A stretch of DNA of 64,000 nt from Eutreptiella sp. 'Long Island Sound 2002'. Its lineage: Eukaryota; Protista; Euglenida. Shown piece after piece: positions 38,568 through 51,100 of the stretch (position 1 is the stretch's first letter; the number at the start of each line of letters is the position of its first letter). Location of the stretch: contig OZ038378.1 in NCBI GenBank assembly GCA_964036045.1, positions 165,974,001-166,038,000 on the forward strand. The letters are read 5' to 3'. The translations under genes were made by a program, and so were the position numbers. Below the pieces are notes generated by a model. The model was not told the origin of the DNA and did not search any database. It was given only the letters and a program-made list of their open reading frames with translations.

Positions 38568-40810
38568 TATGGTACGGACTACAATGTCCTCCCAAGTAAG
38601 CCCCAAGTCAAGAAAAAGGGGGAAGGTTCCTAACTTTGCCGATCTCCGTTTCCACCGAAAACTGGTAAGCAGGGTTGACGCTGGCCACATAGTTGCCGGT
38701 GCATGTCCGCTGTGTTCCAGTTGCACTGACGTTCGAGCGAGAGCACGTGCGACTGTAGTGTTCTTTCATGGCCAGACTCACATGGTGGTGCTCACCCAGT
38801 TCGGTTTTGAGCCTTTGAAATTTAGGCGGCTTACGTACTAGGAATTTGCTTTAGCACAGTGCACAAGCTGGTGGAGCTGGAAATCCGCTCGCCGTCTGAC
38901 CCTGTTACCCAGGTTTGGTTCCGGCTCGGAGGAATCGCCAGAATATCCTGAACGTACCGGGGACCAAACCTTTTGTTGTTTACAACCATCAGCCGGGTCC
39001 CAGGTTATACCTCTGGGTACTTTTGGTCGGCCCCCTGTGGGCCGATGCAAGCATGCCACTTTTTCGTAGTCACTTGGTAATATTTGAGCACAAACAACGT
39101 GTGTTTCCTTGGGGTTACAATACCCCATTCCCACCCGGTTTTACGTTTTAGACGATCTTTGGGTCTTCATCTAAAGGCCCGGCACAGTGCAAACAGGCCC
39201 GAAATGGCACTTCACTAATGATGATGACCCAAGCTTTGCCAATGGGGGCGCACTTGGATTTTATATTTGGAATAAGGCTCCATGAATTTTAATTTCCCTT
39301 TGCATGTAGGATCATGCACGTGACGTTGAAGTGAGTACAATGGTTCCATCAAGACCTGATCCAGCGTTGGGTGTTCTATGTTGGGGTGAAATTGTTTCCA
39401 TTCTCACACGCTTTCCCTTCGAACCACGTAGAAGGAAGTTGACAATTGACGTTTATTAAAGTCCTATCGACAGGCAAGCACCATTGGGTGGCATAACACA
39501 AGGTGCACGGAATTCGGACACCAACATGGAGCAAGCATCCGCCAACACCATAGTGCGGTCCACATGGGCCCGCTATGCAACAAGTTTGGTTGTCTAGCTT
39601 CCCTCACAAGTTGAGTTGCTTGTGTCGGGCGCTCTTGTGGTTTGCGGAGCTCTGCTAAAAGTCACAATGTAGATGCTCTTTGAAATGGCTTTTGTCGAGG
39701 AGAAATGCCGCACACAGCAACATTGACAATGATAGGATCTCTCGATTCATCGCAACCTTCTTATTGACTTCCATGTCGTACGTTTCGTTCGGCAATTCGT
39801 TGGCATAGAACAATTGGCATTTAGAATACTGGGAAAATACAGTTTTTCCGGCACGTTTCCCCGACACTTCAATATTTCAACTTCGTGGGAAGAAATTTCA
39901 TGATGCATTGTGCATCTCAGATTCACGCGTACGCGTCGAGTCTCGTGATCTCACTTGTTACCTTTATGGATGAACTTTGCACTTTCCAATGGACTGTTTG
40001 ACGTGTATGAGACTAGTGCAATGTGGACGTGCACAACGGGGTAAGTTATTATTCACGAAAACGACTGTGTTTACCAAATGCATCTGCTGTAATTGGCATG
40101 TGCTCATGTGCTCATGAGTGTGGCTTAGTTTGGCCGACTTGAAAAGAACTTGTTGTGAGCCGCCGCGGAACGCCCAAATAGTACAATGGTAGAAGTTGAA
40201 GTTAGAGTTGCAAACCACGAGCATAAATCTACCGTCAAAAACTTTGGAAGCACAAGAAGCCCTCAAAGACGACCAATAAGTAGGGTGTGCGCGCAAGCAT
40301 CACGAGGCAGGAAATAAGGCGAGGCACTACACGATCTATATTTAAACTGGGTGCATAACCAGGATTCGGCCCGAATCCGGGTGTGATACCTAGGATTCGA
40401 AGTTTTGACACCCGGATTTAATGAAATCGTTACACCGAAGCGGGCAAACGGGGCACCGCGGATGCAAAACCTACATGTGGGCGAGCTTTGGCTTTTTGGG
40501 GGACTTCAACGACCCAGTTTGTTGTTGCCCACCTGGAATCGCGCATCTTTGGCTTTCTTTGCATGGAAGGAGGGAGCCATGTAAGTATGTAGTCCCAAGT
40601 GGGGAAGGCGGAGGAGCGGTGGCGCTTGGTGCTCCGACAAGTTGAATCCATCGTCAAGCGCAAAGTTGTTATGATTGGTTAATTGGGGTTTGTACATTGT
40701 AGCTCGGGGTAGGGGGGGCGTTGCGTGCATTAAGGAACCATGATACGTACGTTTTGCGACTCCTCGTGCTTGCTTCGTATACCGCCGCCTTTGGATCATT
40801 CGCGTTCTAG

Positions 40811-40829
40811 TTTACTTTTTGTAAGATAG
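40811..40829 (+). promoter_or_regulatory. Candidate trans-splice acceptor for importin-4
   Basis: T-rich tract followed by AG (TTTACTTTTTGTAAGATAG), about 35 nt before the ATG at 40865. SL trans-splicing is inferred from the SL relic. Confidence 0.35.
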
Positions 40830-40864
40830 TTCGTGGCCGTGTGCCACCAAATCAACCCAACCCT

Positions 40865-42454
40865 ATGCAAGCCGATGAGCAATTGCAAACGCTGCTTCAA
40901 AAGTTCCTCGAAGCGAATAATGAAAGCCGTGTGGCCGCCGAGAAGCACATCACCAAAATTTTAAAGCAGAAAGAATGCGTGGAAGCTCTTCTGAAGCAAA
41001 TCGCTTACTCGTCATATCCGGGAGTGCGACAATTAGCTTCAATTTTGCTGCGGAAGAAAATTAGTCTCCATTGGCGAAAGCTTGCTGCCATCGAACAGCA
41101 AGCAACGCAAGAAGTACTATTGTCTCGGTTATTAGAAGAGCCCGAGAGGCTAGTGCGCACCGCCGTGGCTCACTTGATTTCCGTCGTGGGCAAATTGACG
41201 ATTCCGAACGGGAAATGGGATGGGTTGCTTCCTTTCCTTTTGCAATGCACCAAGAGTGAAAATCCCAATCATCGAGAAATCGCGATGATTTTGTTGTACG
41301 CCCTCACCGACACTGTGGAGGAGCAAATGAGACCTCATCTCCAAAATTTGGTGGAGGTGTTCTTAGGAGGTCTTGCCGATGCTCACCTCGCCGTGAGGAC
41401 TGCCACATTACGTGCTGTGGTTCCAGCCGTGGGTTTTGTCACGGAGGAAGCGGAGTTAGAAGTGTATATGAAGTTGCTACAACCAATCATGGATGTCATG
41501 AGACAATGCATCCAAGCACAACATGAGACTGAAGATGAGCAATACTTGGATGTGGTATTATTAGTCACAGAGGTGTTCGATGATTTGGCCAGCATTGATT
41601 TGGAGGGGATTGCGAAGTATCTTCCCATTATGTTGGAGTTCATGGTTGGGGTCGCTGCGAACACCAATGCGCACGTCGTCATCCGTGAGCGTGCCACGTC
41701 CTTCTTGGGGGATGTGATCGGGGAACGGCCGACCGCGATCGTCAAGCGAAATTTGTTCGAACCGGTCTTGCAGCTTGCGTTGACGATTCTGTCCGAGCAA
41801 TACGAGCAAGATTTGTTTGATAATGACCAATTCGACGACGACGACGAAAACAATGCGTCCCCTTTGCAATTTGCATCCCAATTGTTGGATGAAATGTCGT
41901 CTTCATTGCCCAATAATCGGGTGTACCCGCTCTGCTTTGGTTGGTGCAAAGAGCAAATATTGGGTGGCAAAGGAGGGCCAAACACCATCAAGGCGGCCAT
42001 TTTGGCAATTAGTTTGATTTGTAAGGGATGCCGCGATCCCATGCGCAAAGATCTAGATGTGGTGTTGGAAATGGTGGATCGATGCCTCAAAGCGCCTCAA
42101 CCACCGGTACGTGAGACGGCGTGCATCGCAGTCAGCCAAATTCTTGAGTACTTACAGCCAGAAATTTTGGACAAGTATGACGTATTTCTGCCACAAGTTT
42201 TCAAGACATTGGACGATCCGTCTCCGAGAGTCCGGCAGAAGTGTGTGTATGCATTGGAGCACGTTGCCGAAAATCTCGGGGACGAAATCAAGCCCTATTT
42301 GCCACAATTGATGGAGAAGCTAATGCGGCTACTAAATGAAGGGGAGATGAAAACGCAACAAATTTGCATTTCTAGCATAAGCGCAATCGTGGAGGGGGCC
42401 GGCTGTGAAGCATTTGAACCGTATTACCAACACGTTTTGGGAGTGATGAAGCAG
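40865..42454 (+). CDS. IPO4: Importin-4 (Kap123-like importin-beta family), exon 1
   Basis: IBN_N-like start (RVAAEKHI...VRQLASILLRKKISLHW) followed by HEAT repeats (VRETACIAVSQ, VRQKCVYALE). Donor CAG|GTTCTC, 1590 nt. Confidence 0.85.
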
Positions 42455-42979
42455 GTTCTCCCCTTGCCAGTTTGTTTTTGCTTCAACGGGCCACTGCTTT
42501 GGGATCGGAAGGTGGTACAAAGAGCTGCTAAAGTCACATCGTAGCATTGCAGTGCATTTCTCCTTGCGGTGCTCTCCGGCAATTGGCCTGTGCTCGCACC
42601 GTAAATCCTCATTGACCCTCCGTTGCCCATTATTGGAATCCATATTCTACTCCCCTGAAACAGCATTTTTTCTTTTCGCGGTAAGGACACCCGTGCTGCA
42701 TGCTCTTGGGTCTAGCATTCCAGGGGAACGTTGCCACGCATTCGGGACACGCCCCAACGAGATTCTGACAGTGTCCCGACGACCCTTGCACACCCCAACA
42801 ACGTACATGTTGGGGCCAAAGCGGGTGCCCATGCCCCACGCCGCATTCTCCTCATTCAAAGAGGACGAGAGCAGGCTTGCGTAGCGTTCTCTAACCGACC
42901 CCAAGAGACGGGGTGCCTGTTGTTCGAAGATGGATGTATGTGGGCCGAAGTGACCCGCCAACATTCCTTCCTTGTTCAG

Positions 42980-43114
42980 ATCATGAGCAGCAGCGCTGAC
43001 GAGCATCTAGTCCTCAGAGCTCGGGCAACGGAGTGCGTTGGGGTGATCGGAGCCATGATGGGCAAGGAGAAGTTCCGGCCATACTTCGAAGTCTTTTTCC
43101 AACTCGCGATGCAG
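42980..43114 (+). CDS. IPO4: Importin-4, exon 2
   Basis: CTTGTTCAG|ATC...CAG|GTGGAC. Encodes DEHLVLRARATECVGVIG, an IPO4-type motif. Confidence 0.88.
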
Positions 43115-43496
43115 GTGGACCCGCACGCTTTGCGTGTGCATCGGATGTCAATCTGATCCACTCACGCTCGCATTTACTCACCCAATTTGCCCGGAGGATG
43201 CTTTTGAAACGGAGTCGGAGGGAGCATTCAATCGTGCCGCAAACGACTTTCACTGACCCGCAAATTCACTCACACATTCGCACCCTCACACTCACATTCA
43301 TCCAACACCCTCAGACTCACCCTCAGACTCACACCTTCACCGTCGCCCTCTCCCTCACTCTCACCATCATCCTCACTCTCACTGTTGTGAGGAACCCTCA
43401 CTCGTTGCATTTGGCGTTGCGTTTGCCACTCACGCGCACACCCACACTCGTCCTCGTCCTCACCCTCATCCTCACTCGCCCGTTTACCAACGCCAG

Positions 43497-43696
43497 GGTT
43501 TGGAGCTCGATTTCACGGAGCTGACGGAGCACGTGTTTGGCTTCCTCAAGAACATTGCAGAAGTGTACGGAGAGGAGTGGGTCGTGCATCTTCAGGCGAC
43601 CATGCCGCACGTACTTGAGGCAGTCGAAGAGGACGATGGCGAAGTAAGACCCAGAAAATCGGTGTTTGGAAACACCCAAATCGAGCTGGGCGACAG
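43497..43696 (+). CDS. IPO4: Importin-4, exon 3
   Basis: CGCCAG|GGT...GACAG|GTACCG (phase 2). Encodes GLELDFTELTEHVFGFLKNIAEVYGEEW. Confidence 0.82.
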
Positions 43697-44437
43697 GTAC
43701 CGCCTCCTGCGGCACTGTGCCCATTTCTGCCACCATTTCGGCGGCTCCCCTCGTGGCATACGAGGCATGTGACGTGCAGCACCGGCGGGAACACGCGAGG
43801 AGGCACGAGAGCGAGCAGCAGCGGGTGCACAACACGCCTGGGAGCATCGGAAGGTGCAACAGGGGACGGCCTGCAGATTACACAGTCGTGCTGCTTTTCT
43901 TCCGCTGCCAATCACGGCCGCGGGGGAAACGCGGGGAGGCCTGGGGTGGGAGGGATGGGGAAGGACCGGGGAGGACAAAAGAGGATGCGGGTGAGATGGG
44001 AAGCATGCCAGGAGGAATGCATAGACAGGACCCTGGAAGTGTCATTGGCGCCATTGATCCTTACTGCTCGTTGCCCGCATGACCTGCAAGGGTGGCTGTT
44101 ATGTTGTGGCCCCAACGAGGTCACTCACCCGCATGCAACTGCTCCGCTCGTGCTCTGAAGAGCAGTGTGGCACGTTGAATTTGAATGCGTGTGTGTTTGT
44201 GCGTGTATGTGTGTGTGCGCGCGCGCGAAGGGCTCAGCAGCTCACAGTGACCTGTTGAACATTGAAGCGACAGAAACAGCCGGCCTACGCCAGAAATCGT
44301 TCCATTTGAGCGGTTCAAGGGTTCGATGGGTCGTCAAATGAAGTATCGTGGAGGACTGGAAAGGATGTGAAGGCGGGACCCGCAAAAGCAGACCAGAAAG
44401 GGAGCATGCCCCGGTTATCGCCTGGCTGTGTCCCCAG

Positions 44438-44819
44438 TTCTGAGGACGATGATGAGGAGGATGAGGAGGACGATTCCGACGACGAGCCCGGCCGAATGCT
44501 GCGGGTGCGCGCTGATGATCTGGACAAAAAGGCTGCGGCAATCCACGCGGTAGGGATCTTCGCCAAGGCCACGAAAGCGCAGTTCCAGCCCTACTTAGAG
44601 ACGTCCTTCGAGAAGGTACTGGACTGCATCGCGTACTTCCACGAGAGCGTGCGGGAGAACGTGGTGTTCGCTATGCGGCACCTGACGAGCGTGGCGTACT
44701 GCATGCATCCGCCGTCGGAGCCCTGGCAGAAGGGCCTCCCCACCGTCGACACCCTGCATCCCGAGGCGCGCCGTGCCGTCGATCAGACCTTGAGTATTTA
44801 CCTCCAGAGGGCGGAGCAG
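44438..44819 (+). CDS. IPO4: Importin-4, exon 4 (acidic loop)
   Basis: TGTCCCCAG|T completes the phase-2 codon. Encodes SSEDDDEEDEEDDSDDE...DKKAAAIHAVG. Donor CAG|GTGTCT. Confidence 0.85.
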
Positions 44820-45502
44820 GTGTCTGCGTGCGCTGGTCTGCGTCGCAATGAAGTGAAGTCCCTGCATTTGTGACCCGCACCTGCAAATGCCCATCCATCG
44901 TTGATGCGGCCCCATGCCTCTGCAGGCACGTGCGCGCACGCACACGCACATCCAGCCACATCCCCGTGCACATACTCATCCACACAAACGTGCATTTCTA
45001 GATACCTTAAGACACACGCATCGCATCAATATGCTGTTCCTCCGGCCAGGGATCCCATGTACAAACGCGCCAAGAATTCGGCTACTACTACTGCGGCGAC
45101 TACTGACATACTCATGCACACCATAGGTCACACGCATTTGGTGGGTTTCTGTTTGGAAGAGCTGTGGGAACCATCCACCCATTCGGTTCGAATAGCTACC
45201 CCTGAAATGTGGGTGGATGCATTTCCCAAAGACCATACCCTTCCACAATGCTGACAAAGGCCCCAGGTGTTGCACAAGCCACAAGCCTGATGTGCCAATT
45301 CCACTCTGCTAACAGGGTCACGTTCGTGATGGTGCCAGGCATACCTGTTGTGCACTGGCTCTAGGATCCAATTATCGGCATGAAGGAGGGAATTGAATCG
45401 GGGTGAAATTTGCATGTGCAGTGTGGATATGCATGTGCATGTGCATTTGCATGTTATAGGGATGCGCGTGTCTTCTGCCTGTGCATGCGTGCATGATTGC
45501 AG

Positions 45503-45862
45503 GAGGAGAGCAAAGAAGTGGTAAAAATTATATGTGATTCCATCGCGGAGATTGCCAAAGAGATGGGACCTGTGGCAGTACACAAACACATGGACCAGAT
45601 CATGAAGCTGTTATTCGCGCTGATGAAGCAGGAGAGCTTCTGTCAGTCGCTGCCCTGCGACGAGTTCGAGGATGAGGACGACGAGCAGGACCACGACCAA
45701 GTGCTGATCGATGCGGTGTTTGAGACTGTGGACGAGTTGGCGAAGGTGTACGGCCCAGGCTTTGCGCAGCTTTGGCAGTCTTTGCTGACGGTAGTCCTCA
45801 CGTACCTGCACCCGAAGAAGCCATATTCGGACCACGTCATGGCCCTTGGAACGCTGGCAGAG
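45503..45862 (+). CDS. IPO4: Importin-4, exon 5
   Basis: GATTGCAG|GAG...GAG|GTGTGC, 360 nt. Encodes EESKEVV...EQDHDQVLIDAV...DHVMALGTLAE. Confidence 0.88.
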
Positions 45863-46460
45863 GTGTGCCCATATCTGCTGCTCGCTCCAATGGCTACGGG
45901 GGGATGCAAAATCGTGTCACTGATCATTTCACAAGCACAAGCACAACCACAAGCACAACCACAACCACAACCACAATCACAACCACAACCACAACCAACT
46001 CGTCCACTTTGGGAATCGTCAAAACAAGCCGTCCATTCACTACTGTTCCATGTGTCCAATGATGGTTTTGGATTGATGGTGGGCAAGATTTGTCCTACAG
46101 GCCTCTCTGCTGCATGATTCCTGTGTTGGCGTTTCCCGGGCGTCGGGGATACGAGTCGTTTGTGTGTGGCCAAGGACCCCAGGTATTTGGCAGTGATACC
46201 CCAGGTATCCTGGTATTTGGCGGTGAACGATTAATTGCAATCAACGGACGACGGTATCGGCAACCAAAACAAAAAGCAGTTGAAGGCTGGTGTGGCATTT
46301 TCTTCAAGGCTTTTGGCAGTGAAGTAAAAATCTACCTGCTGTGATGGAATTCTTGTTTCAGGCCCGCTTCAAGGCGCCAATTTGATGTATTAGTGTTACA
46401 GGGCAGCAACTGCGTTTTAAATCAGGAGAATGCGTTGTTCCTGTACACGTGCGTCTGCAG

Positions 46461-46751
46461 GTCGCCAATGCCATGGGCGAGGCTATTCAGCCTTTCTTCG
46501 ACCAAATGTTCCCCGTGATGCTGCAGATGCTGCAGAGCCCAGACGCGGGGACCCGCAGCAACGCAGCGTACGGCCTGGGCGTGATGTGCCAGAGCTGCAC
46601 ACTGCAGGCGACGCCCCACTTCGGAACCGTGCTGCAGGGGTTGCGGCCCTGCCTTGAGGTCCAGAAGAACCGTAACGACTGCGTGGACAACGCGTGCGGG
46701 GCCGTAGCCCGCATGATGATCGCAAATTTGGAGGCTTGCCATTTTGAGCAG
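46461..46751 (+). CDS. IPO4: Importin-4, exon 6 (last exon found; no stop codon reached)
   Basis: GTCTGCAG|GTC...CAG|GTGTGC, 291 nt. Encodes TRSNAAYGLG...CVDNACGAVARMM. Confidence 0.88.
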
Positions 46752-47180
<429 letters not shown>

Positions 47181-47837
47181 TTGTCTGCCTAGAGGGGCAT
47201 TCCGCTTCGCTTCACAGGTGGACAATTTCAACGCTGATGGACCGATGGACACAGGTGTGTTTCCTTTTTTTTTTTTTTTTTTCAAAAAAAAACAAAACAA
47301 ACAAAGAAATGGACAAACGGTAAAACACAGGGTTAGCCACCAACCAAATGTTTGAGCACAGAAACAGGCGATTTAAAATGGATGATTTCAAAAACGAAAA
47401 AACAAGAAAAGATAAACAAAACGCAAAGGGCCATTTTCAGCCCCACACCCCACCCCGGCATGGACGTTCACCCCACGCCATTTTTAACCAAAACCCTTTT
47501 ATGTAATTACATCTGTTTACCACCCCCCTGCTTGAGGGGTCCGTTGTCACGGGGGGCTACTAGTCTTGCCCTGCGATGCAATGCGGGACAACTGTGACAA
47601 CGGGCCCCGCTGGTGGCGTCTTGGGGTTAGGGTAGCGAAGCTTGCCCCCGGCGGTGACTTGTACTGGGTTACAGCGCCATACGGCGTACCTACCTGAAAT
47701 TTTTGGGATGACGCTGTGGCCTGCTAAGTAGTTCCAATATCCATGCATGCATCGGGCAAAAAGGAAAACACAATGGGTGGGGCATGTGTGGGGCATGCCT
47801 AGTGCAGTGCAATACACACGTGGCCGACAAGATGGAG

Positions 47838-48110
47838 TAAATCCCCCAAGTGATCAGGGGGTCCCCCATGTGCGCAGGGGTTTTTTCAATGGGGACGACC
47901 CACGAATGAGTGGGGGGGCGTTGTCCCCAGGGGCCACATCTGTAAATCCCCCAAGTGTTCAGGGGGTCCCCCATGTGCAAAGGGGGTACTTTTGATTTCA
48001 TACAACGGGGATGACCCACGCAAGAGTGGAGGGGCGTCATCCCCGGGGGCCACTTCTGAAAATCCCCCGGGTGTCGGGGGTCCCCCATGTGCACAGGGGG
48101 TGACCTATTG
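47838..48110 (+). repeat. Tandem repeat of about 105-115 bp, about 3 copies (AATCCCCC...GGGGGTCCCCCATGTGC)
   Basis: The GGGGTCCCCCATGTGC anchor recurs near 47858, 47963 and 48077. Confidence 0.7.
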
Positions 48111-48199
48111 GAACGGATCCCCCTCCTCAACTCCCCAGCAAGGACTCGCATGGGGAGTTGCTTCAGGAGGGGTCGGTAAAAATTAGAAACCTGCCGGGT

Positions 48200-51100
48200 G
48201 AGGGTTTCAGTGCCTTTTTGCAGCCTTTGAGCAGCAGGTTTTTTGCCTGCCATAGGGCAGCATGTCGCTTTGCTCCCACAACATACCATGTTTTTAGCGG
48301 TCACTGAGAAGCAATATTTTTCGCTGCAACTGAGTGGCATGCTGTTTTGCTGCCACAGAGTGTCAGGCTTTTTTGCAGCAACAGAGTAGCATGCTCTTTT
48401 GTTGCTACAGCGCAGCAGGCTTTTTGCTGCCCCAGAGCAGTGTGTCCTACTGCTGCCACTGAGCAGCAGGCCTATTAGCAGCACTGAGGAGTAGTCTCCT
48501 GGCTACCATTAAGCAGCAGAGTTTTTTTTTGCTGCCACTGAGCAATAGGCTTTTTTGTGGTCACTGAGCAGCGGAGTTTTTTTACTGCCACAGAACAGCA
48601 GGATTTTTACTGCCAAAGAGTGGTAGGCCTTCTTGCTGCCACCAAGAGGCGTGCCCTTTTTGCTGCCACTGAGCAATGTTTAGTTGTTGCCGCTAAGTAG
48701 CATGCCTTTTTGCTGCTACTGAGCGTCAAGTTTTTTTGCTGCCACTGAGTGACAGTTTTTTGACTACCACGGAGCAGCCTGTCGTTTTATTGGCACCAAA
48801 CACTGCAGCCTTTTTGCTGTCACTACGCAGCACGCTTTCTGCTGCCACGGAGCAGTGTGTCAATTGGCTGCCACCGAGCGGCGTGCTTTCTAGCAGCATC
48901 AAAGTAGCAGGATTTTTGCTGCCACTGGGTGGCAGGCCTTTTTTGCTGCCACTGAGCGGCATGTAGGGGTAACCACAGAGTGCAGGCCTTTTTGCTGCAA
49001 CTGGGTAGCAGGCCCTTTTCCTAGCGCTGAGCAGCAGGCTTTTTTGCTCTCAAAACCGTCAATAGTTGTAATTACGCAGCAAGCTATATGCTGCCAAGGA
49101 GCAGCAGGTGTTTTAGCTGCCGCGGAGTGGTGAAGCAACGTGCTGTCACAGAGTAGCAGGTTTTTTGCTGCCACAGAGTGGTGCAGCTTTGTGCTACCAC
49201 GGAGCAGCAGGTTTTTAGCTGCCACAGTGCAGCGGACTCTACAGCTACCATGCAACAGAGCAGCAGGGTTTTGGCAGCCACTGTGCGGCTGGATTTTGCA
49301 GCCACTGAGTAGCAGGTGTTTTCCTGTCACACTGTAGCACCAGTAGTACCAGTTTTTGTTGCGACTGAGCAGCAAGCTACTTGCTACTACTGAGCGAAAA
49401 GCTTTCTGCGGCCACTGAACACAAGTTTTTTTTTTACTGCCGCTAAGCAGCATGCTTTCCAGCTGCCACAGAACAGAGGTATTTCTAGGCGGCCACTAAG
49501 CAGAGGGACTTGAGCGGCCATGGAGGAGCGAGCATTTTTTGCTGCAGTTGGGGGTTTCTAGCAGCCACAAAACAGATGGCTTTTTTGAGGCCCCTGACAG
49601 GCAGGCTTCTTAGCAACCTCGGGATGCCAGGCCTTTTGTGGCCACAGAGCAGCAAGGTTTTTGGCTGTCACGAAACAACAAGCTTTTTTACAGCCAATGG
49701 GCAGCAGGACCATTGTGGTTGTAGAGCCGGCCCTAGGTCCGCTGGGGGACTAGTACCCAGAGTAGGGGTGCAAAGGAGGCAGCCCAAGGTCCACTGGGGG
49801 ACTAGTACCCAGAGTTGGGGCGTGACTGAGACGGCCCTAGGTCCACTGGGGGACAAGTACCCAGAGTTGGGGCGCGACCGAGACGGCCCAAGGTCCACTG
49901 GGGGACGAGTACCAAGAGTTGGGGCGCAACTGAGACGGCCCTAGGTCCACTGGGGGACTAGTACCCAGAGTTGGGGCGCGACTAAGACGGCCCTAGGTCC
50001 ACTGGGGGACTAGTACCCAGAGTTGGGGCGCGACTGAGACGGCCCTAGGTCCACTGGGGGACAAGTACCCAGAGTTGGGGCGCCACTGAGACGGCCCTAG
50101 GTCCACTGGGGGACAAGTACCCAGAGTTGGGGCGCGAATGAGACGGCCCTAGGTCCAATGGGGGACGAGTACCAAGAGTTGGGGCGTGACTGAGACGGCC
50201 CTAGGTCCACTGGGGGACGGGTACCTAGAGTTGGGGCGCGACTGAGACGGCCCTAGGTCCGCTGGGGGACGAGTACCCAGGGCGCGACTGAGACGGCCCT
50301 AGGTCCACTGGGGGACTAGTACCCAGAGTTGGGGCACGATTGAGACGGCCCTAGGTCCGCTGGGGGACTAGTACCCAGAGTTGGGGCGCGACAGAGGCAG
50401 CCCTAGGTCCACTAGGGGACTAGTACCCAGAGTTGGGGCGCGACTAAGACGGCCCTAGGTCCACTGGGGGACGATTACCCAGAATGGGGTACGGTTGGGA
50501 CGGCCCTGGGTCCACTGGGGGACTAATACCCAGAATTGGGGCGAGACAGAGCAGCAATTTTTGCGCTGCCACAGAGCGTCGTGTGTTTTGTGTTGCCGTA
50601 GTGAACGTATTTTAGTTCTGCCACACAGTAGCGTGTGGTGTGGGCTGCTACAGAGCAGCAGATTTTGACTGTTGCCATGGTGCAACGCTTTTTTAGTTTG
50701 TTTTTGTGTTTGTGCTATAATATTGTTTTTGGTGACTCTGTTTCTTGTGCGGCATTTTTTTTTTGTGCTATCACAATGCCGCATTTTCCATGTACAACCA
50801 CAGTGCAGTGTGCAGTTTTTCAGTTTCTGCTGCCTCAGTGCGGCATGTTTTTTCAGTGCTGCCACGGTGCAGTGTGTGTTTTTTGTGCAGCCAGAGGGCG
50901 GCATGTTTGGGCTTTTTGCTTTGTGCTGCCTCAGTGCAGCATGTTTTTTGTGTGCTGCCGCAGGGCATGGTTTTTTGTTGTTCTTGTTTTTTGATTTCTG
51001 TGCTACCACAGGGCAGCATGGTTTTTGTGCCGCCGCAGTGCAGCGTGTTTTTTGTCCAGCTGCAGCTGCAGTGCTGCAGTATTTTTTGTTTTTTTTTTGC

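Noticed and set aside
43644-43649. GTAAGA as the importin exon 3 donor
   Set aside because: It is phase 0 and incompatible with the best exon 4 acceptor (phase 2). The donor at 43697 restores the frame. It could still be an alternative site.
44315-44437. Upstream in-frame extension of importin exon 4 (MKAGPAK...)
   Set aside because: It lies before the polypyrimidine/AG acceptor at 44431-44437 and is treated as intron.
47218-47254. AG/GT-bounded mini-exon (VDNFNADGPMDT) as importin exon 7
   Set aside because: It bears no resemblance to the expected importin-4 continuation, and no downstream partner exon is visible.
47620-47635. Telomeric TTAGGG seed
   Set aside because: A single occurrence is expected by chance.
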